A stretch of DNA of 64,000 nucleotides, from IMG/VR virus record IMGVR_UViG_3300022923_000005, positions 68,572-132,571 of that record. One strand, written 5' to 3'. The translations under genes were made by a program, and so were the position numbers. Below the pieces are notes generated by a model. The model did no database searches, was not told the DNA's origin, and was given only the letters and a program-made list of their open reading frames with translations. The stretch comes from a virus (lineage: Duplodnaviria > Caudoviricetes). Positions within the stretch are counted from its first letter, which is position 1, and the number at the start of each line of letters is the position of its first letter. This document shows positions 11,601 to 20,708 of this stretch, piece by piece.

Positions 11601-13230
11601 CACCTGCTAATGGATATGGTTTATCTTGTCCGTGTTCTGCTACCCAGTATACATAATCACTTTGTCCAAGTAAAGCCCACTCTGGATATTCTGCGCCAGC
11701 ACGTAGTACTTCACCTTCTTGTCCAATTGGAAGTCTAGTAACACCAGAACCACCAAAGTATACTAAGTCACCTTTTGTAGTAAGGATACTTGTTTCAGAA
11801 CCTGTAATTAATTGATTCCAATAACTACCTGTAATGTCTAAATCTGGTCTTGAGTTAGCAGCACCGCCACCTTCTCCACCAATAGTTGAGTCAGTGTCAC
11901 CTTCTGAACGGTGTTTCTGTACACAAATAAATGCGTTGTCGCCTAATTTAACTGCGTCACCAACTTCATACTCGCGGTCATCAGTCCAATCACCCTGCCA
12001 ACTAATACCTTCGTTAAGTTTATTCCAGTAAGTTGTATTTGTAGGATGAGCAGCGCCTGTACCTGTCATAGATCCAGTTGCTGTTGTAGGAGTAAATACT
12101 GATCCTCCTAATGTTGTTGAAATTGTAAATGTTGTTCCTGAGTCTACAGTTTTAACATAGTACGTTCCACCTGGGAATACGTTACCAAATGTTGAACCAC
12201 TAAATTGAATTACTTGGTTAGCAATTAATCCTGTAGTATCTGCTGCTGTAAACTGGTTGGTACCGTTATCAGTTGCTGTTACAGTCATTGCAATTGCAGG
12301 ACTATCTTGTACAGCTCTATATGTGTAACCGTTAAGTGTTACTACTTCACCAATTTTATAACTTGTAGCAATTGCCCAGTTGTTTTGATATGCAAAACCT
12401 GTTGCAAATAAATCCCAATCGTCAGCACTTGCAGGAGGTGTTGCGCCTGTGCTAATTCTTTTAGCAACATACGAATTACCACCATATAGTACTACATCGC
12501 CTGTTTTGTATTCTGTAGAAGCATTATAAGCATTTTCAAAATTAAAGCCTTCAACAAAAGCATCCCATCTAGCACTATCTGTGGCAAATGCTGCTGATGC
12601 TGTATGATGTTGGCCTGCTTTTACAACGTAAAGATTAGCACCATATTTAACTACATCATATTCTTTGTATCTTGTACCAGTAACCCAGTCACCTTTATAA
12701 TCAATACCATCATTATATTTGTCCCAGTTACCAATGTCTGCTTCTAAACCGTCGGCAGTAGTTGCGGCAGATGCGTGTCCAGTTGAGCAGAGATATGTGT
12801 TTCCACCATATTTAACTAGGTCATTTAACTTATAACGAGTTCCAACTGTCCAGTTTCCTTTCCAATCAGTTCCTTCTGCATAAGTTGTCCAACTTGAAGA
12901 ATCATCTTCAAGTCCAAGGGCAGTTGTTGCGGCAGATGTGTGTGCGGTATTTGCAATGTACAAATTCCCACCATATTTTACAACATCATTAATTACATAA
13001 TCTGTTGCAATAGTCCAATCCCCTTTCCAGGATTGACCATCTGTCATTTGGTTCCATTTACTTGGAACTACATTTAAGTCCGTATAAAAATCGCTGTTGG
13101 CGGTATGACCAACTGCACAGATGTAAGTACGTCCTCCGTACTTTACAACATCATCTTTGTAGTATGTCGTGGCACCTGCCCAGTCCCCTTTCCATACAAA
13201 TCTAATTCTACCTAGTTTAAACTCTGCCAT
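5680..13230 (-). CDS. Giant virion structural protein (2516 aa)
   Basis: N-terminal W....Y..DDVV.YGG repeats (CBM5/12-like), helical Y...KC.RD.G.L..AL.YD repeats, beta-helix-like segment, S.DG.TW propeller repeats, C-terminal GHDFLDIGTG...GGRVFF domain seen in large T4-like virion proteins. Confidence 0.8.
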   Translation of the reverse strand: MAEFKLGRIRFVWKGDWAGATTYYKDDVVKYGGRTYICAVGHTANSDFYTDLNVVPSKWNQMTDGQSWKGDWTIATDYVINDVVKYGGNLYIANTAHTSAATTALGLEDDSSSWTTYAEGTDWKGNWTVGTRYKLNDLVKYGGNTYLCSTGHASAATTADGLEADIGNWDKYNDGIDYKGDWVTGTRYKEYDVVKYGANLYVVKAGQHHTASAAFATDSARWDAFVEGFNFENAYNASTEYKTGDVVLYGGNSYVAKRISTGATPPASADDWDLFATGFAYQNNWAIATSYKIGEVVTLNGYTYRAVQDSPAIAMTVTATDNGTNQFTAADTTGLIANQVIQFSGSTFGNVFPGGTYYVKTVDSGTTFTISTTLGGSVFTPTTATGSMTGTGAAHPTNTTYWNKLNEGISWQGDWTDDREYEVGDAVKLGDNAFICVQKHRSEGDTDSTIGGEGGGAANSRPDLDITGSYWNQLITGSETSILTTKGDLVYFGGSGVTRLPIGQEGEVLRAGAEYPEWALLGQSDYVYWVAEHGQDKPYPLAGGTVDKPFASIRYACHQIDQGALNPNAKDLLRKNRHFIQREVQEWIDYQIEYFTNTAPDATSIWYNFTYDDVKCERDTGFLVDALVYDLGNGGNVKSRGAANSYVGALSESESVANPLLGDQKDQHIAAFQYMLTVVGHVFAQTDPAVNYQTTNGDNSTSVVAQHKDATIAAESGVLTKSTALITIVLNALEDEDASRVPARYMPNSLVKVKTGLYTEVGPIMVPENTCVIGEEVRSTTVTMDTGTTHTTDAKYSIETYKHLNGVIQSVVTGATVTPTTGNAESQSIAVPFADTPEKNFVDRLMGALIQQSDFRVGNFAHSFRTDPTGYNTSYLVGYGNARTQLVENKKYLQEEVTAFITAEYPLLKYSRTKCKQDVGYLIDALTYDMTYGGNSQAIRAGLAYYDGPGGPYAGNFGADSSEPTATVAAYQFMRDHLANIVLDQTATSRQSTVAQFKFGTAASTAAKDRVVELMNIIIDLISGGATTSAPSVSVSSIASNVITTASAHGLSTGDSFTPRTTGNGLTAGQKYWVVSTPAAATLTVSTVFNGSAASLSDGSGLAIIADVVQEPAATNAVSTTTALITAAQNVDAAQETMVTAMSNFLAATYPSLTYDTDKCKRDARLISEAVMFDFMFNSNHKTLKAAYAYLRSTASDVYDKGQKTATIAAFDFLKTYMDGVAGDATAEARIETLMEDLLDVIYSGSTEGSRCVSDYRNVHHAATQILRNKDFIVAESTAYIADTYKETVTATTASDNSITIGSTSWLQRNTAIQFEGTIVGAPSLADESDGIKAGVTYYVQNILSATKFTISNERNGTARVMVDDTGSATVKLVYNSASCERDIGEILEALIYDISYPGNYKTLLCARYYGNAVNGSQEEDLYYLRNGTGIRNQTLKGMNGDLLAPNTYGTSRVSGGAYCSLDPGWGPEDYRVWITERSPYVQNNTTFGNGGIGQKIDGALHNGGNDSIVSNDFTQVISDGIGAWVANNGRAELVSVFTYYSHIGYLSTEGGRIRGTNGNNSYGDFGSVAEGFDGSETPQTAIVDNKFQYEATVKDVTTDNAEEVYAFEFENAGIDYEEGEFLISGAGTGAAAIVDEFRDNAVHSVFLQDNVDDSANAPEVVGNFGGFGYVSNANTAQGGTTSAITLAATDAEISSAYVGMKVYVTGGAGVGQFGLISAYNAGTKLAAVIRESDGASGWDHIVAGTTIQAPDASSTYIVEPRIQFSDPGFGTEVSTMPSSGTWTTAQFIETADVYLPTATGGTGTSASFQVIRNGWKYSVSVVSGGTGYTRLEDLTITGSQLGGVDGVNDITLTVTAINSATGEILEVDTAGYGRAGAFVAAQTGSAGGARSVDGKTWSGVTLPSASNWTAMASGKIDDGSSIAKVARIVAVASGTSNAAYSADGITWTATSLPASASWIDVTYDNYNQRFIAIASDSTTVAISLDGEVWDVTGTLNSTGFTAITAGQGTMIAVKSGTTTAAYSVDAGLNWVDVTTLPGASAWSSIAFGQNHFVATATDSSTIAVSIDKGATWKSKDISSPDSTTPAGLQKIAYGQGQFMITAYKTGEDGEGYSYVAMSQDGFNFTWQGVGSGDVTSNGFSAVAFGTHQRVGYWTIIDTDTGDGVYRIKTGATTKGRAGVAQNKIFEVRITEPGSGYDTAPTMTITDPSEIYALPFEVRTGSGVLATPSLRSRGTGYVSASADLVGGNGYADFFQSGNFIAIRQLSSLPPTGSNIVFGHLPNETFKLVNIVTLLGSNDGALTCFLQISPEMKVINVPPHGTSVTTRIRYSQVRLTGHDFLDIGTGSFTETNYPNDPLQDPIQSNETRERNGGRVFFTATDQDGNFRVGDLFSIEQSTGVATLNADAFNIAGLQELSLGEVTLGGGSASIDEFSTDPFFTADSDSVVPTQRAIKAYISSQIGGGGASLNVNSVTAGFIYIAADAITTTTQQAINVDANMNFKGGVRGLPVAWSYFLT

Positions 13231-13252
13231 TATCTACTCCGTAGTGTACATA

Positions 13253-13259
13253 TATTTAT
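13253..13259 (-). promoter_or_regulatory. Late promoter ATAAATA
   Basis: Intergenic, upstream of the 2516-aa gene and its GGAG RBS. Confidence 0.65.
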
Positions 13260-13260
13260 G

Positions 13261-16200
13261 TTATTCTCTATTCTTAAATGATCTAAAGAACATACTTTGT
13301 GCTAACATACTGCCTTGAATGCCAGCCTTTTCTCCTTTAAAATCCATTACAACAGGAACTTGAACTGTCAAGTTTGCCGAGTTGCCAATGAGATTTGGTC
13401 CTATTTTAACCGTACCTGCGATGAAGCTCGCTGTTAACAAGTCTGCACCACCAACATTTAGTCTGTTAGTCAAGTACGCTTTAATTGCTCTTTGTGTTGG
13501 AACAATATTGTTTGAGTCTGCTGTGAATAATGGATCAGTACTAAATTCTCTAATTACTGTTCCAGTACCACCAACTCTAATTCCGCCTAGTGCTAGTTCT
13601 GATAATCCATTAAGATCAAAGAAGTCTGCACTAATTGTTACGATACCAGTTGCCTGTTCAACTGCAAATAATTCACCACATCTAAAGTTACCTGATTGGT
13701 CAGTACTTGCATAGAACACTCTACCACCGTTTAATTCTTGTACTTCGTTTTCTGGATATGATAGGTAATTTTGCGTATACAACTGTGGATAGTTTGTTTC
13801 TGTAAAGTTACCTGTACCAATGTCCAAATAGTCGTGTCCTGTAATACGACACTGACTGTATCTTGTATTAATTGTTACACCTGTATCATTAACAATATCA
13901 TTTTCAATCTTTAAGTCAGGTGTTACACGGAATGTTAACAAGAAGTTTCCATCTTCTTGTTGACCTTCATTTTCAATTGCAACAACTGTGTATAGTTCAG
14001 GATTGTCAGTAAGTCTTAACTGCGCACCCGGACCAATTACTTTAGGCATATCTTTAACTGTAATAAATTTACCTACTGGTGTAATATCAGCAAAACCGTC
14101 ACCTAAAATAGTAACCGATGTTGTTGATGTTTTATATTGTGTACCTCTGTTAATCCAACTTGGTTGTGCAAGTACTCTATCTGCAATTCTTGTAGTATCA
14201 AGTACAAGTTCACCTGTGTTGTTAGGATCAATAACATTGTATGTAGGTCCTGTAGCAGGATATCCACTACCTGGATCAATTAAGTTAACTGATGCAATTC
14301 TACCTGCATTAACATTTGCTCTACCAAATGCTTTTCTACCAGTAGTAACTAACAAGTGTGTAGTTGTTACATCTTCGTTTAGAATTACCCAATGACCTTT
14401 TCTGTTGTCGCCACCGTCGCCTGTTGTTACATCTGGATTACCAAATGCAAGTTGACCCCAGTTACCTTCTGATATAACTGTTTTCTTAGTCCAATAAATT
14501 CCATCTTCTGATTGGTAAATGTAATCTACAGGTCCTAATGTTGGTTCACCTGCAATTTCTTGTCCATTTGTATCAACTGTTGCAATAAACAAACCTTGTC
14601 CATATGCTAAGTCATTCCAATCAAGTATTGTTGAACCATCTGGTGTAGGCATAGTCGCTGCTTGCCAAGTTTCACCTCTAGTATAACTGTATGCAACTTC
14701 ACCTGTTGGTGCAATTGCTACGAATCTGTTATTACCATATGCTAATTTAAACCAATCTTTCTGTGAACTGTCTGCAACTACGTCCATAATAACTGTTGTC
14801 CAGTTAATTGTTGAACCGTTATATTCACCGTATGCTGCTATGTTTTGCGATTGTGAAATTGCAACAAATCTTCCTGAACCATATGCTACTTGAGTCCATT
14901 GGTCGAACGTTGAGTCACCACCTGCTGGAATATTTGCAAGTGTCCAGGTTGTTCCTGTTTCACTAAATGCTGCATAACCACCTGTCTTAGATACAGCAAC
15001 AAATATGCCGCCGCCAAATGTAATACTTGACCAATCAGCACTAATTGGTAATGTGTATGCACCCCAAGTGTTACCGTCTTCTGATACAGCAACTTCGTTG
15101 CTTAATTCTTTAATTGCAACAAATCTATTGTTACCAGCAGCAATTGTATGCCAATTTCCTGAACTTGGTAAGTTAGAAACATTCCAGTTTGTACCATCGT
15201 TTGACCAGTTTACTGTCGAACCTGTACTTGCAACTGCAACATATCTACCACTTGCGGCTTGTCCTTCTGCACTAAAAGTAACAATGCTGTTTGTACTATC
15301 ATTTGAAATACTTGTTACAGTAATTGTAATGTTATTATCGTCATTACCAATTAACCCTGTGCCTTCTAATACAATTGTGTCTCCAACTGTGTATCCTGCT
15401 CCGCCGGAGTTAAGTGTTACAGTGTAATCTCTACCTTCTTTCAACACGTTAAATGTTGCAGTAGCAGGAATAACATCAACTGTTGTTCCGTTACCTGGAT
15501 CACCTACTACGTTTGTAAATAATTTTCTTGTTTCTCCAAATGTAATATCACCCCAAGTTGTTCCTGCTGTCAAACTCATTGTTGCAGAAGCAAACGGTGG
15601 TGGATCAAATACTACTCTTGGTTCAAACAAGTAAGAAGAAGTAGTTGTAATTAAACTTACTGGTGGTGTACCAGGAATAATATGATCCCATCCGTCTTCA
15701 CCTGTAGTTTCTTTCTTAACTTGTAATTGTTTTGTTAAACTATTGTATGCTTTAACTTCACCATACTGTCCTGTACCAGGACCTGATGTAATAATAATTC
15801 TTAAACCTAATAAGTTTGCTTCATCATTGTCGTCCTGTGCTGCAAGTTGGATGCTAGTTTCGTTACCAGACTGTGCGTTGTTACCAATAAGTGTAAATCC
15901 GCCTCCACCTGCTGCTGCTGATGCTTCACCTGTAACAATTCTTGCTTCAAATAATGCATCATCTCTAAATTCTTCTTGTACAACTTCAACATCTGCACCA
16001 GAACCAATAAATGTATAATCTGCTGATGTGTAATTTTGTCCACAGTGTAAAAACTCAACTGCTAAAATTTCATCATTTACTTCACCTGCAAATGCACGTT
16101 GTACAGATGCTTGGTTATTTCTAGTGTTTACTTTTGCAATTACAGGAACTTCAGTTGGATCAGTACCGTCTGCTAATGCTCCAATAAATCCGTATGAGTT

Positions 16201-18798
16201 GTTACCGTTAGTTGCTCTAATAACGCCGCCGTTTTCTGCAAGGTAACCTACTTGACAGTAATATGTAAACACTGATACAAGTTCTGCTCTACCGTTGTTT
16301 AAAACGTGTGCGCCTATACCATCACTTAAAACTTGTGTAAAGTCGTTGGATACAATAGACTTATTACCACCGTTGTGCAACGAACCGTCAATTTTTTGTC
16401 CTGTACAATTATTACCTTGATTGGTTACGTTTTGAATGTAAGGAGATCTATTAATAATCCAACATTCTTCGTGTGCAGGTCCCCAACCTGGATCAAGTGA
16501 TACACAAGATGGTCCAGTTGGTCTTTGATATTGTTCAAAGACGTTTGGCGGATTAAGTGTTCCTGTTAAACCTTTGATAGATAAGTTTCTAACACCGCAG
16601 GTATCTCTAACACGGAACATATCTGTTAATGCACTTCCGTTAATTTTGTTTGAATAGTAAAGTGCTTCTAATTGTGTTTTGTAATTAGAAGTGTATAATA
16701 AATCCCATTTGATTGCAATTACGTATCTTTCAATATCATAACCTAAATCACTAGGTTGTACATAGTCTGAATAAAACGCTGTCATATAAGCAGCAGTTTC
16801 TGCTGCTAAAAATGCTTTATTCGCTTCTAAAACTCTATTTGCATTTACAATTGCTTCTGCTGATGAAGCAGCATTTTCACCGTACTTCGCAGGTGCATCA
16901 CCTGAACCTACTACAGCATATGTGTAGTACGTTACAAAGTCAGTTAGAATACTATCTACTCTATCTGCCGTTGCTGCATCACTAAAAATAGGAATATTTG
17001 TAATAATAGGATCTTCAACACCTACACCACCACCTGATATTTCTTGATCAATAATAAACACTTGTTCTTGAGTGTTTCCTGCTGTCTTAGAAACATTTTG
17101 ATTTAACAATATCTGTCTAATCACTTGTTTCAAGTGTGTAATAATTGTACCTCTACTTGTAGTATCAGCACTTGTCAATGTTGCTGTTGCCGGACGAACA
17201 GTGCTTGAACGTAGTTCGTCGCCAAGTACAACTGTTTTCTTAGGAACAATAAGAGGTAAAATTTCTTCAAATTTTCCTGTTGTAAGTTGTACAGTTTTAG
17301 TTGTGTCTTGTCCATCGTCTGCAATTTCTAATGCAAATCTAATTGTTTTAACAGGTTTCTGAATATCAATACCTGCGTCTGGATCTGTTGTATCGTCAAC
17401 ACCTTTGATTGGGTCAACGTGAATAATTTTTGGAATACGTCCGTACAGATCATAATCTGCTGTGTCGTCATTTTGTACAGTTAGGATATTTCCTTCTAAT
17501 CCTTTTGCAATATTAGTTGCACCTAAAGTAGAACCGTCCCCAACGTTTGCTCTTGCAAGACCAAAAGATAATAAATCACCAGGATTAACTAATCCTGCTT
17601 GACTTGAACCTTCTAATAATGTATCCCAGTACTGATAACCTTCACCGTTATCTCCTGGAAAGTTCATTGCGCCTTCTGCATTAGATGCTACGTGTTCAAA
17701 GTTACATTTGTATGCACTACCTTTGTAAGTTACTACATCACCAACTGCATAAGTTTGATTTTCTGTCCAAGCATTTTTAAATGATTGTCCTGTAACTACA
17801 ATTTCCCAGTTACCTGCATCTAAATAATCTAATGAACTACCGTCTGATGTTGTATCTAATAATGCAACATATGTATAACCGCCACGTCTTACAACGTCAC
17901 CTGTTTTATATTGTCCTGTTGGTGTCCAGTCGCCTACAAGTTTCATTCCTTTATGAATGATAGCCCAATGTACTGTATTGTCGCCTACTTGATAAATCGA
18001 ATCGCTTGGAATCTGTCCTATATGATTTGTTAACGCTTGGTAAACATAACCACCGTGCATTACTAAGTCACCTACTGCGTAGTAATCTTCTAATACCCAA
18101 GCGCCTTTTGCTTTTCCGCCTGGTATCTCAGTTGCAAAATTTGCATCGTCTAAATTAGTTGTTGCTGTATGTCCTGTAGTTACACGTAACAAACTACCAC
18201 CATAACTTACTAAATCGTTATACTTGTATCTGTAACCATCAGTCCAGTCACCTACATAACCTTTTAGTTGTGTGTAAATTTCCCATTTCGCTTGATCTGC
18301 TTCTAAGCCGTCTGCTGCTGATGCCGCTGCTGTGTGTCCAGTAATACATTTGTATACTGTTGCGCCATACTTAACTAGATCACCGATACCATATACTGCA
18401 CCTGCTGTCCAAGCACCGTCCCAATCAACAGTAGTTGCATAAATTGCCCAGTTAGAAATGTTTACATCAAAATCACTTGTTGATGTATATGCAGTTGTGT
18501 TTATCCATAAGTAACCGCCGTATCTTACAATATCACCTGGATAGTAATCTGTACTTCCAGCCCAATCACTTCGCCAGTTTTGACCTTGAGTCATTACTGT
18601 CCAAGCCGGTGTTGCAAATGTTTCACCCGGTGGTGTAAAAATTTGATCTGTGTTAAAAGTTGAACTTGAAGTGTGAGCTCTAATAGCAATATATGAACTA
18701 CCGCTATATTCTACAACGTCATCTTTGTTGTATGCAACAGCACCACTCCACGCACCTTTCCACGTATACCTAATTCGACTTATTTTAAACTCTGCCAT
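13261..18798 (-). CDS. Giant virion structural protein (1845 aa), paralogue of 5680-13230
   Basis: Starts MAEFKISRIRYTWKG versus MAEFKLGRIRFVWKG; shares SLDPGWGP, LHNGGN.SIVSNDFTQV and the C-terminal domain; has fewer helical repeats. Confidence 0.8.
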   Translation of the reverse strand: MAEFKISRIRYTWKGAWSGAVAYNKDDVVEYSGSSYIAIRAHTSSSTFNTDQIFTPPGETFATPAWTVMTQGQNWRSDWAGSTDYYPGDIVRYGGYLWINTTAYTSTSDFDVNISNWAIYATTVDWDGAWTAGAVYGIGDLVKYGATVYKCITGHTAAASAADGLEADQAKWEIYTQLKGYVGDWTDGYRYKYNDLVSYGGSLLRVTTGHTATTNLDDANFATEIPGGKAKGAWVLEDYYAVGDLVMHGGYVYQALTNHIGQIPSDSIYQVGDNTVHWAIIHKGMKLVGDWTPTGQYKTGDVVRRGGYTYVALLDTTSDGSSLDYLDAGNWEIVVTGQSFKNAWTENQTYAVGDVVTYKGSAYKCNFEHVASNAEGAMNFPGDNGEGYQYWDTLLEGSSQAGLVNPGDLLSFGLARANVGDGSTLGATNIAKGLEGNILTVQNDDTADYDLYGRIPKIIHVDPIKGVDDTTDPDAGIDIQKPVKTIRFALEIADDGQDTTKTVQLTTGKFEEILPLIVPKKTVVLGDELRSSTVRPATATLTSADTTSRGTIITHLKQVIRQILLNQNVSKTAGNTQEQVFIIDQEISGGGVGVEDPIITNIPIFSDAATADRVDSILTDFVTYYTYAVVGSGDAPAKYGENAASSAEAIVNANRVLEANKAFLAAETAAYMTAFYSDYVQPSDLGYDIERYVIAIKWDLLYTSNYKTQLEALYYSNKINGSALTDMFRVRDTCGVRNLSIKGLTGTLNPPNVFEQYQRPTGPSCVSLDPGWGPAHEECWIINRSPYIQNVTNQGNNCTGQKIDGSLHNGGNKSIVSNDFTQVLSDGIGAHVLNNGRAELVSVFTYYCQVGYLAENGGVIRATNGNNSYGFIGALADGTDPTEVPVIAKVNTRNNQASVQRAFAGEVNDEILAVEFLHCGQNYTSADYTFIGSGADVEVVQEEFRDDALFEARIVTGEASAAAGGGGFTLIGNNAQSGNETSIQLAAQDDNDEANLLGLRIIITSGPGTGQYGEVKAYNSLTKQLQVKKETTGEDGWDHIIPGTPPVSLITTTSSYLFEPRVVFDPPPFASATMSLTAGTTWGDITFGETRKLFTNVVGDPGNGTTVDVIPATATFNVLKEGRDYTVTLNSGGAGYTVGDTIVLEGTGLIGNDDNNITITVTSISNDSTNSIVTFSAEGQAASGRYVAVASTGSTVNWSNDGTNWNVSNLPSSGNWHTIAAGNNRFVAIKELSNEVAVSEDGNTWGAYTLPISADWSSITFGGGIFVAVSKTGGYAAFSETGTTWTLANIPAGGDSTFDQWTQVAYGSGRFVAISQSQNIAAYGEYNGSTINWTTVIMDVVADSSQKDWFKLAYGNNRFVAIAPTGEVAYSYTRGETWQAATMPTPDGSTILDWNDLAYGQGLFIATVDTNGQEIAGEPTLGPVDYIYQSEDGIYWTKKTVISEGNWGQLAFGNPDVTTGDGGDNRKGHWVILNEDVTTTHLLVTTGRKAFGRANVNAGRIASVNLIDPGSGYPATGPTYNVIDPNNTGELVLDTTRIADRVLAQPSWINRGTQYKTSTTSVTILGDGFADITPVGKFITVKDMPKVIGPGAQLRLTDNPELYTVVAIENEGQQEDGNFLLTFRVTPDLKIENDIVNDTGVTINTRYSQCRITGHDYLDIGTGNFTETNYPQLYTQNYLSYPENEVQELNGGRVFYASTDQSGNFRCGELFAVEQATGIVTISADFFDLNGLSELALGGIRVGGTGTVIREFSTDPLFTADSNNIVPTQRAIKAYLTNRLNVGGADLLTASFIAGTVKIGPNLIGNSANLTVQVPVVMDFKGEKAGIQGSMLAQSMFFRSFKNRE

Positions 18799-18807
18799 AT
18801 CTTAATC

Positions 18808-19176
18808 CTAATCGCCTGAAAGATTAGCAGGGAAAGTGTAATCCTGGTTTACTCTTTGTACTAACATTCCTTCATCGTCCACGTAATATAATATACTTCT
18901 TTGATCCCATTTGTATTGTGGGTATTTCATATTTGCAAAGTTTGGCTCGTGATTTTCAGCAATACCTTCAAAATAATCAATACCGGGTTCAAAGTCCTCA
19001 AATGTTTGCTCAGGCGGTCCAGGTAAGTTGATATCAATTGAATCTTTATCTTTCAATTGATCGCTTCTTAATAAAAACAGTTCGCCGTCTGCGTTTCTTC
19101 TGATAGCGTAAAAATATCTAGGGCTATCGCCTAATGATTCATCTGGTGATTGTCCAAAATAATATGGGCTCGGCAT
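18808..19176 (-). CDS. Hypothetical virion-associated protein
   Basis: 122-aa ORF with GGAGG RBS inside the structural operon. Confidence 0.6.
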   Translation of the reverse strand: MPSPYYFGQSPDESLGDSPRYFYAIRRNADGELFLLRSDQLKDKDSIDINLPGPPEQTFEDFEPGIDYFEGIAENHEPNFANMKYPQYKWDQRSILYYVDDEGMLVQRVNQDYTFPANLSGD

Positions 19177-19186
19177 AATTTTCCTC

Positions 19187-19519
19187 CTACGATATCTCTA
19201 CGTAACTTATTACTACATCAACACTGTCATCAGTGTCTGATTCTATTCTTAAACCTGCTGTGGCTGGTAAAATTAATCTTTCACCTTGTGTCACAACTTT
19301 TGCACTCGACGCCGGAGGTATAGGTACTGATCGTACATAGTTTCCTTGCGTAGAATTCTCATCAATAACATAGACATTAACAACAACAGTATCATAATCT
19401 GATGTATTCGCTAAATTACATCCTACAACAGTTGCTCTAACTCCTTCAGGAATTTGCAACACATCTACTGGTTCTGTGCCTACGTTGTTTATTACTGCGT
19501 TTTTAAATACTGTTGGCAT
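19187..19519 (-). CDS. Small virion adaptor-like protein
   Basis: VVGCNLAN...RLILP...LRI pattern; paralogous to 5337 and 23299. Confidence 0.55.
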   Translation of the reverse strand: MPTVFKNAVINNVGTEPVDVLQIPEGVRATVVGCNLANTSDYDTVVVNVYVIDENSTQGNYVRSVPIPPASSAKVVTQGERLILPATAGLRIESDTDDSVDVVISYVEIS

Positions 19520-19525
19520 ATCTTT

Positions 19526-20593
19526 TTATCCTAACATTAGTGCAAATGACGCTGCAATATCATTCGCTACAATTTCTGATACCGCACCTGAAGCACCTGC
19601 TGGTGAACTCCAAGCACTACCATCCCAAATCTCTAAAGACTTAGAATTAGTATTGTATCTTGTCATTCCAAGTACTGCATATGCAGTTGGTCTTTCAGCA
19701 TTTGTACCTCTTGGTGGAACAAAGCCGTTGTTTGTATCAATTTTAAAATAACCTGTTCCTGTTTGCAAAATCTGTGTAATTGCATTATTAGAAACATTTT
19801 CAATAACATTATCAGTTATTTTAAAATTACCTAATCTTACACCGCCGGCTCCATTACCGTCAATATGTAAGTCTAATCCTGTAGTAGTAGTTATCTCATT
19901 ATCGCGAAACATTAAATTTCCTACATCAAGCGTAGGCACATTTAGCGTATCTGCGTAAACGTCATTCACATACATTGATCTCCATCTAAATGATGGGCTA
20001 CCTAAATCAAATGTAACATCTTGTTCTGGAATCAAATTACTTTTAATTGCAGCATTAATAGTAATTGAGTCTGTAATACTGTCACCAAATGTAATATTAC
20101 CTGCAATAGTTACATCGCCGTCTACTGATAAATCACCAGTAATATCTACATTTCCATTAATAGTTGTATTTGAATGTACTTCAAGTATACCTGCTCCGTT
20201 TGGTCTAATTTCTAAATTAGAATTAGATACAATAGTTTGGATAGTATTGCCTGAAATTTCAAAATCATCTACTTGTAATTTACTGTTATAGACAACAGGA
20301 TCATCACCTGATGGTGCAAAACTAATTGTATTAAGATCGCTGGAAATAGTGTTACCAGTAATGTGTAAATTACCGATATCTAGTTGATTGTCTACTCTAA
20401 GTGTTGTTGTGCGTGTTGTTCCACTAACGTCTAAGTCAGTTGTAGGAGATGAGTTGTTGACACCAATGCGAGCATTGTTTACATCAATATACAAAATATC
20501 TGGGTCTGTTGCTCCATTTCTGAAAGATAAATCTACGTTATCTCTAACCAGATTTGCTTTCAAGAGCGGCCCACTTATACGACCTATTGCCAT
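19526..20593 (-). CDS. Tail fibre/shaft protein
   Basis: Repeated I.GNTI.....N.NL.I.PNG.G beta units, P.GT.AERP....GM.RYNT domain, hydrophobic C-terminus FALMLG. Confidence 0.65.
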   Translation of the reverse strand: MAIGRISGPLLKANLVRDNVDLSFRNGATDPDILYIDVNNARIGVNNSSPTTDLDVSGTTRTTTLRVDNQLDIGNLHITGNTISSDLNTISFAPSGDDPVVYNSKLQVDDFEISGNTIQTIVSNSNLEIRPNGAGILEVHSNTTINGNVDITGDLSVDGDVTIAGNITFGDSITDSITINAAIKSNLIPEQDVTFDLGSPSFRWRSMYVNDVYADTLNVPTLDVGNLMFRDNEITTTTGLDLHIDGNGAGGVRLGNFKITDNVIENVSNNAITQILQTGTGYFKIDTNNGFVPPRGTNAERPTAYAVLGMTRYNTNSKSLEIWDGSAWSSPAGASGAVSEIVANDIAASFALMLG

Positions 20594-20695
20594 TTGCTCT
20601 CCTTAACACGGGGATCCTGTCCCTCCAACTACCTTACATTGCGAGTTGACCACAGTAAAAGGTTAACGTTGGTCTTCGTTAACAATAGTATTTAG
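20594..20695 (-). promoter_or_regulatory. Late promoter CTAAATA (20695-20689) plus structured 5' leader with possible pseudoknot
   Basis: Minus strand: GTTAACG/CGTTAAC stem whose loop GACCA is complementary to downstream TGGTC; CAACT/AGTTG and GGGA/TCCC stems; then AAGGAG RBS. Confidence 0.55.
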
Positions 20696-20708
20696 CCAAA
20701 AGGAAAAA

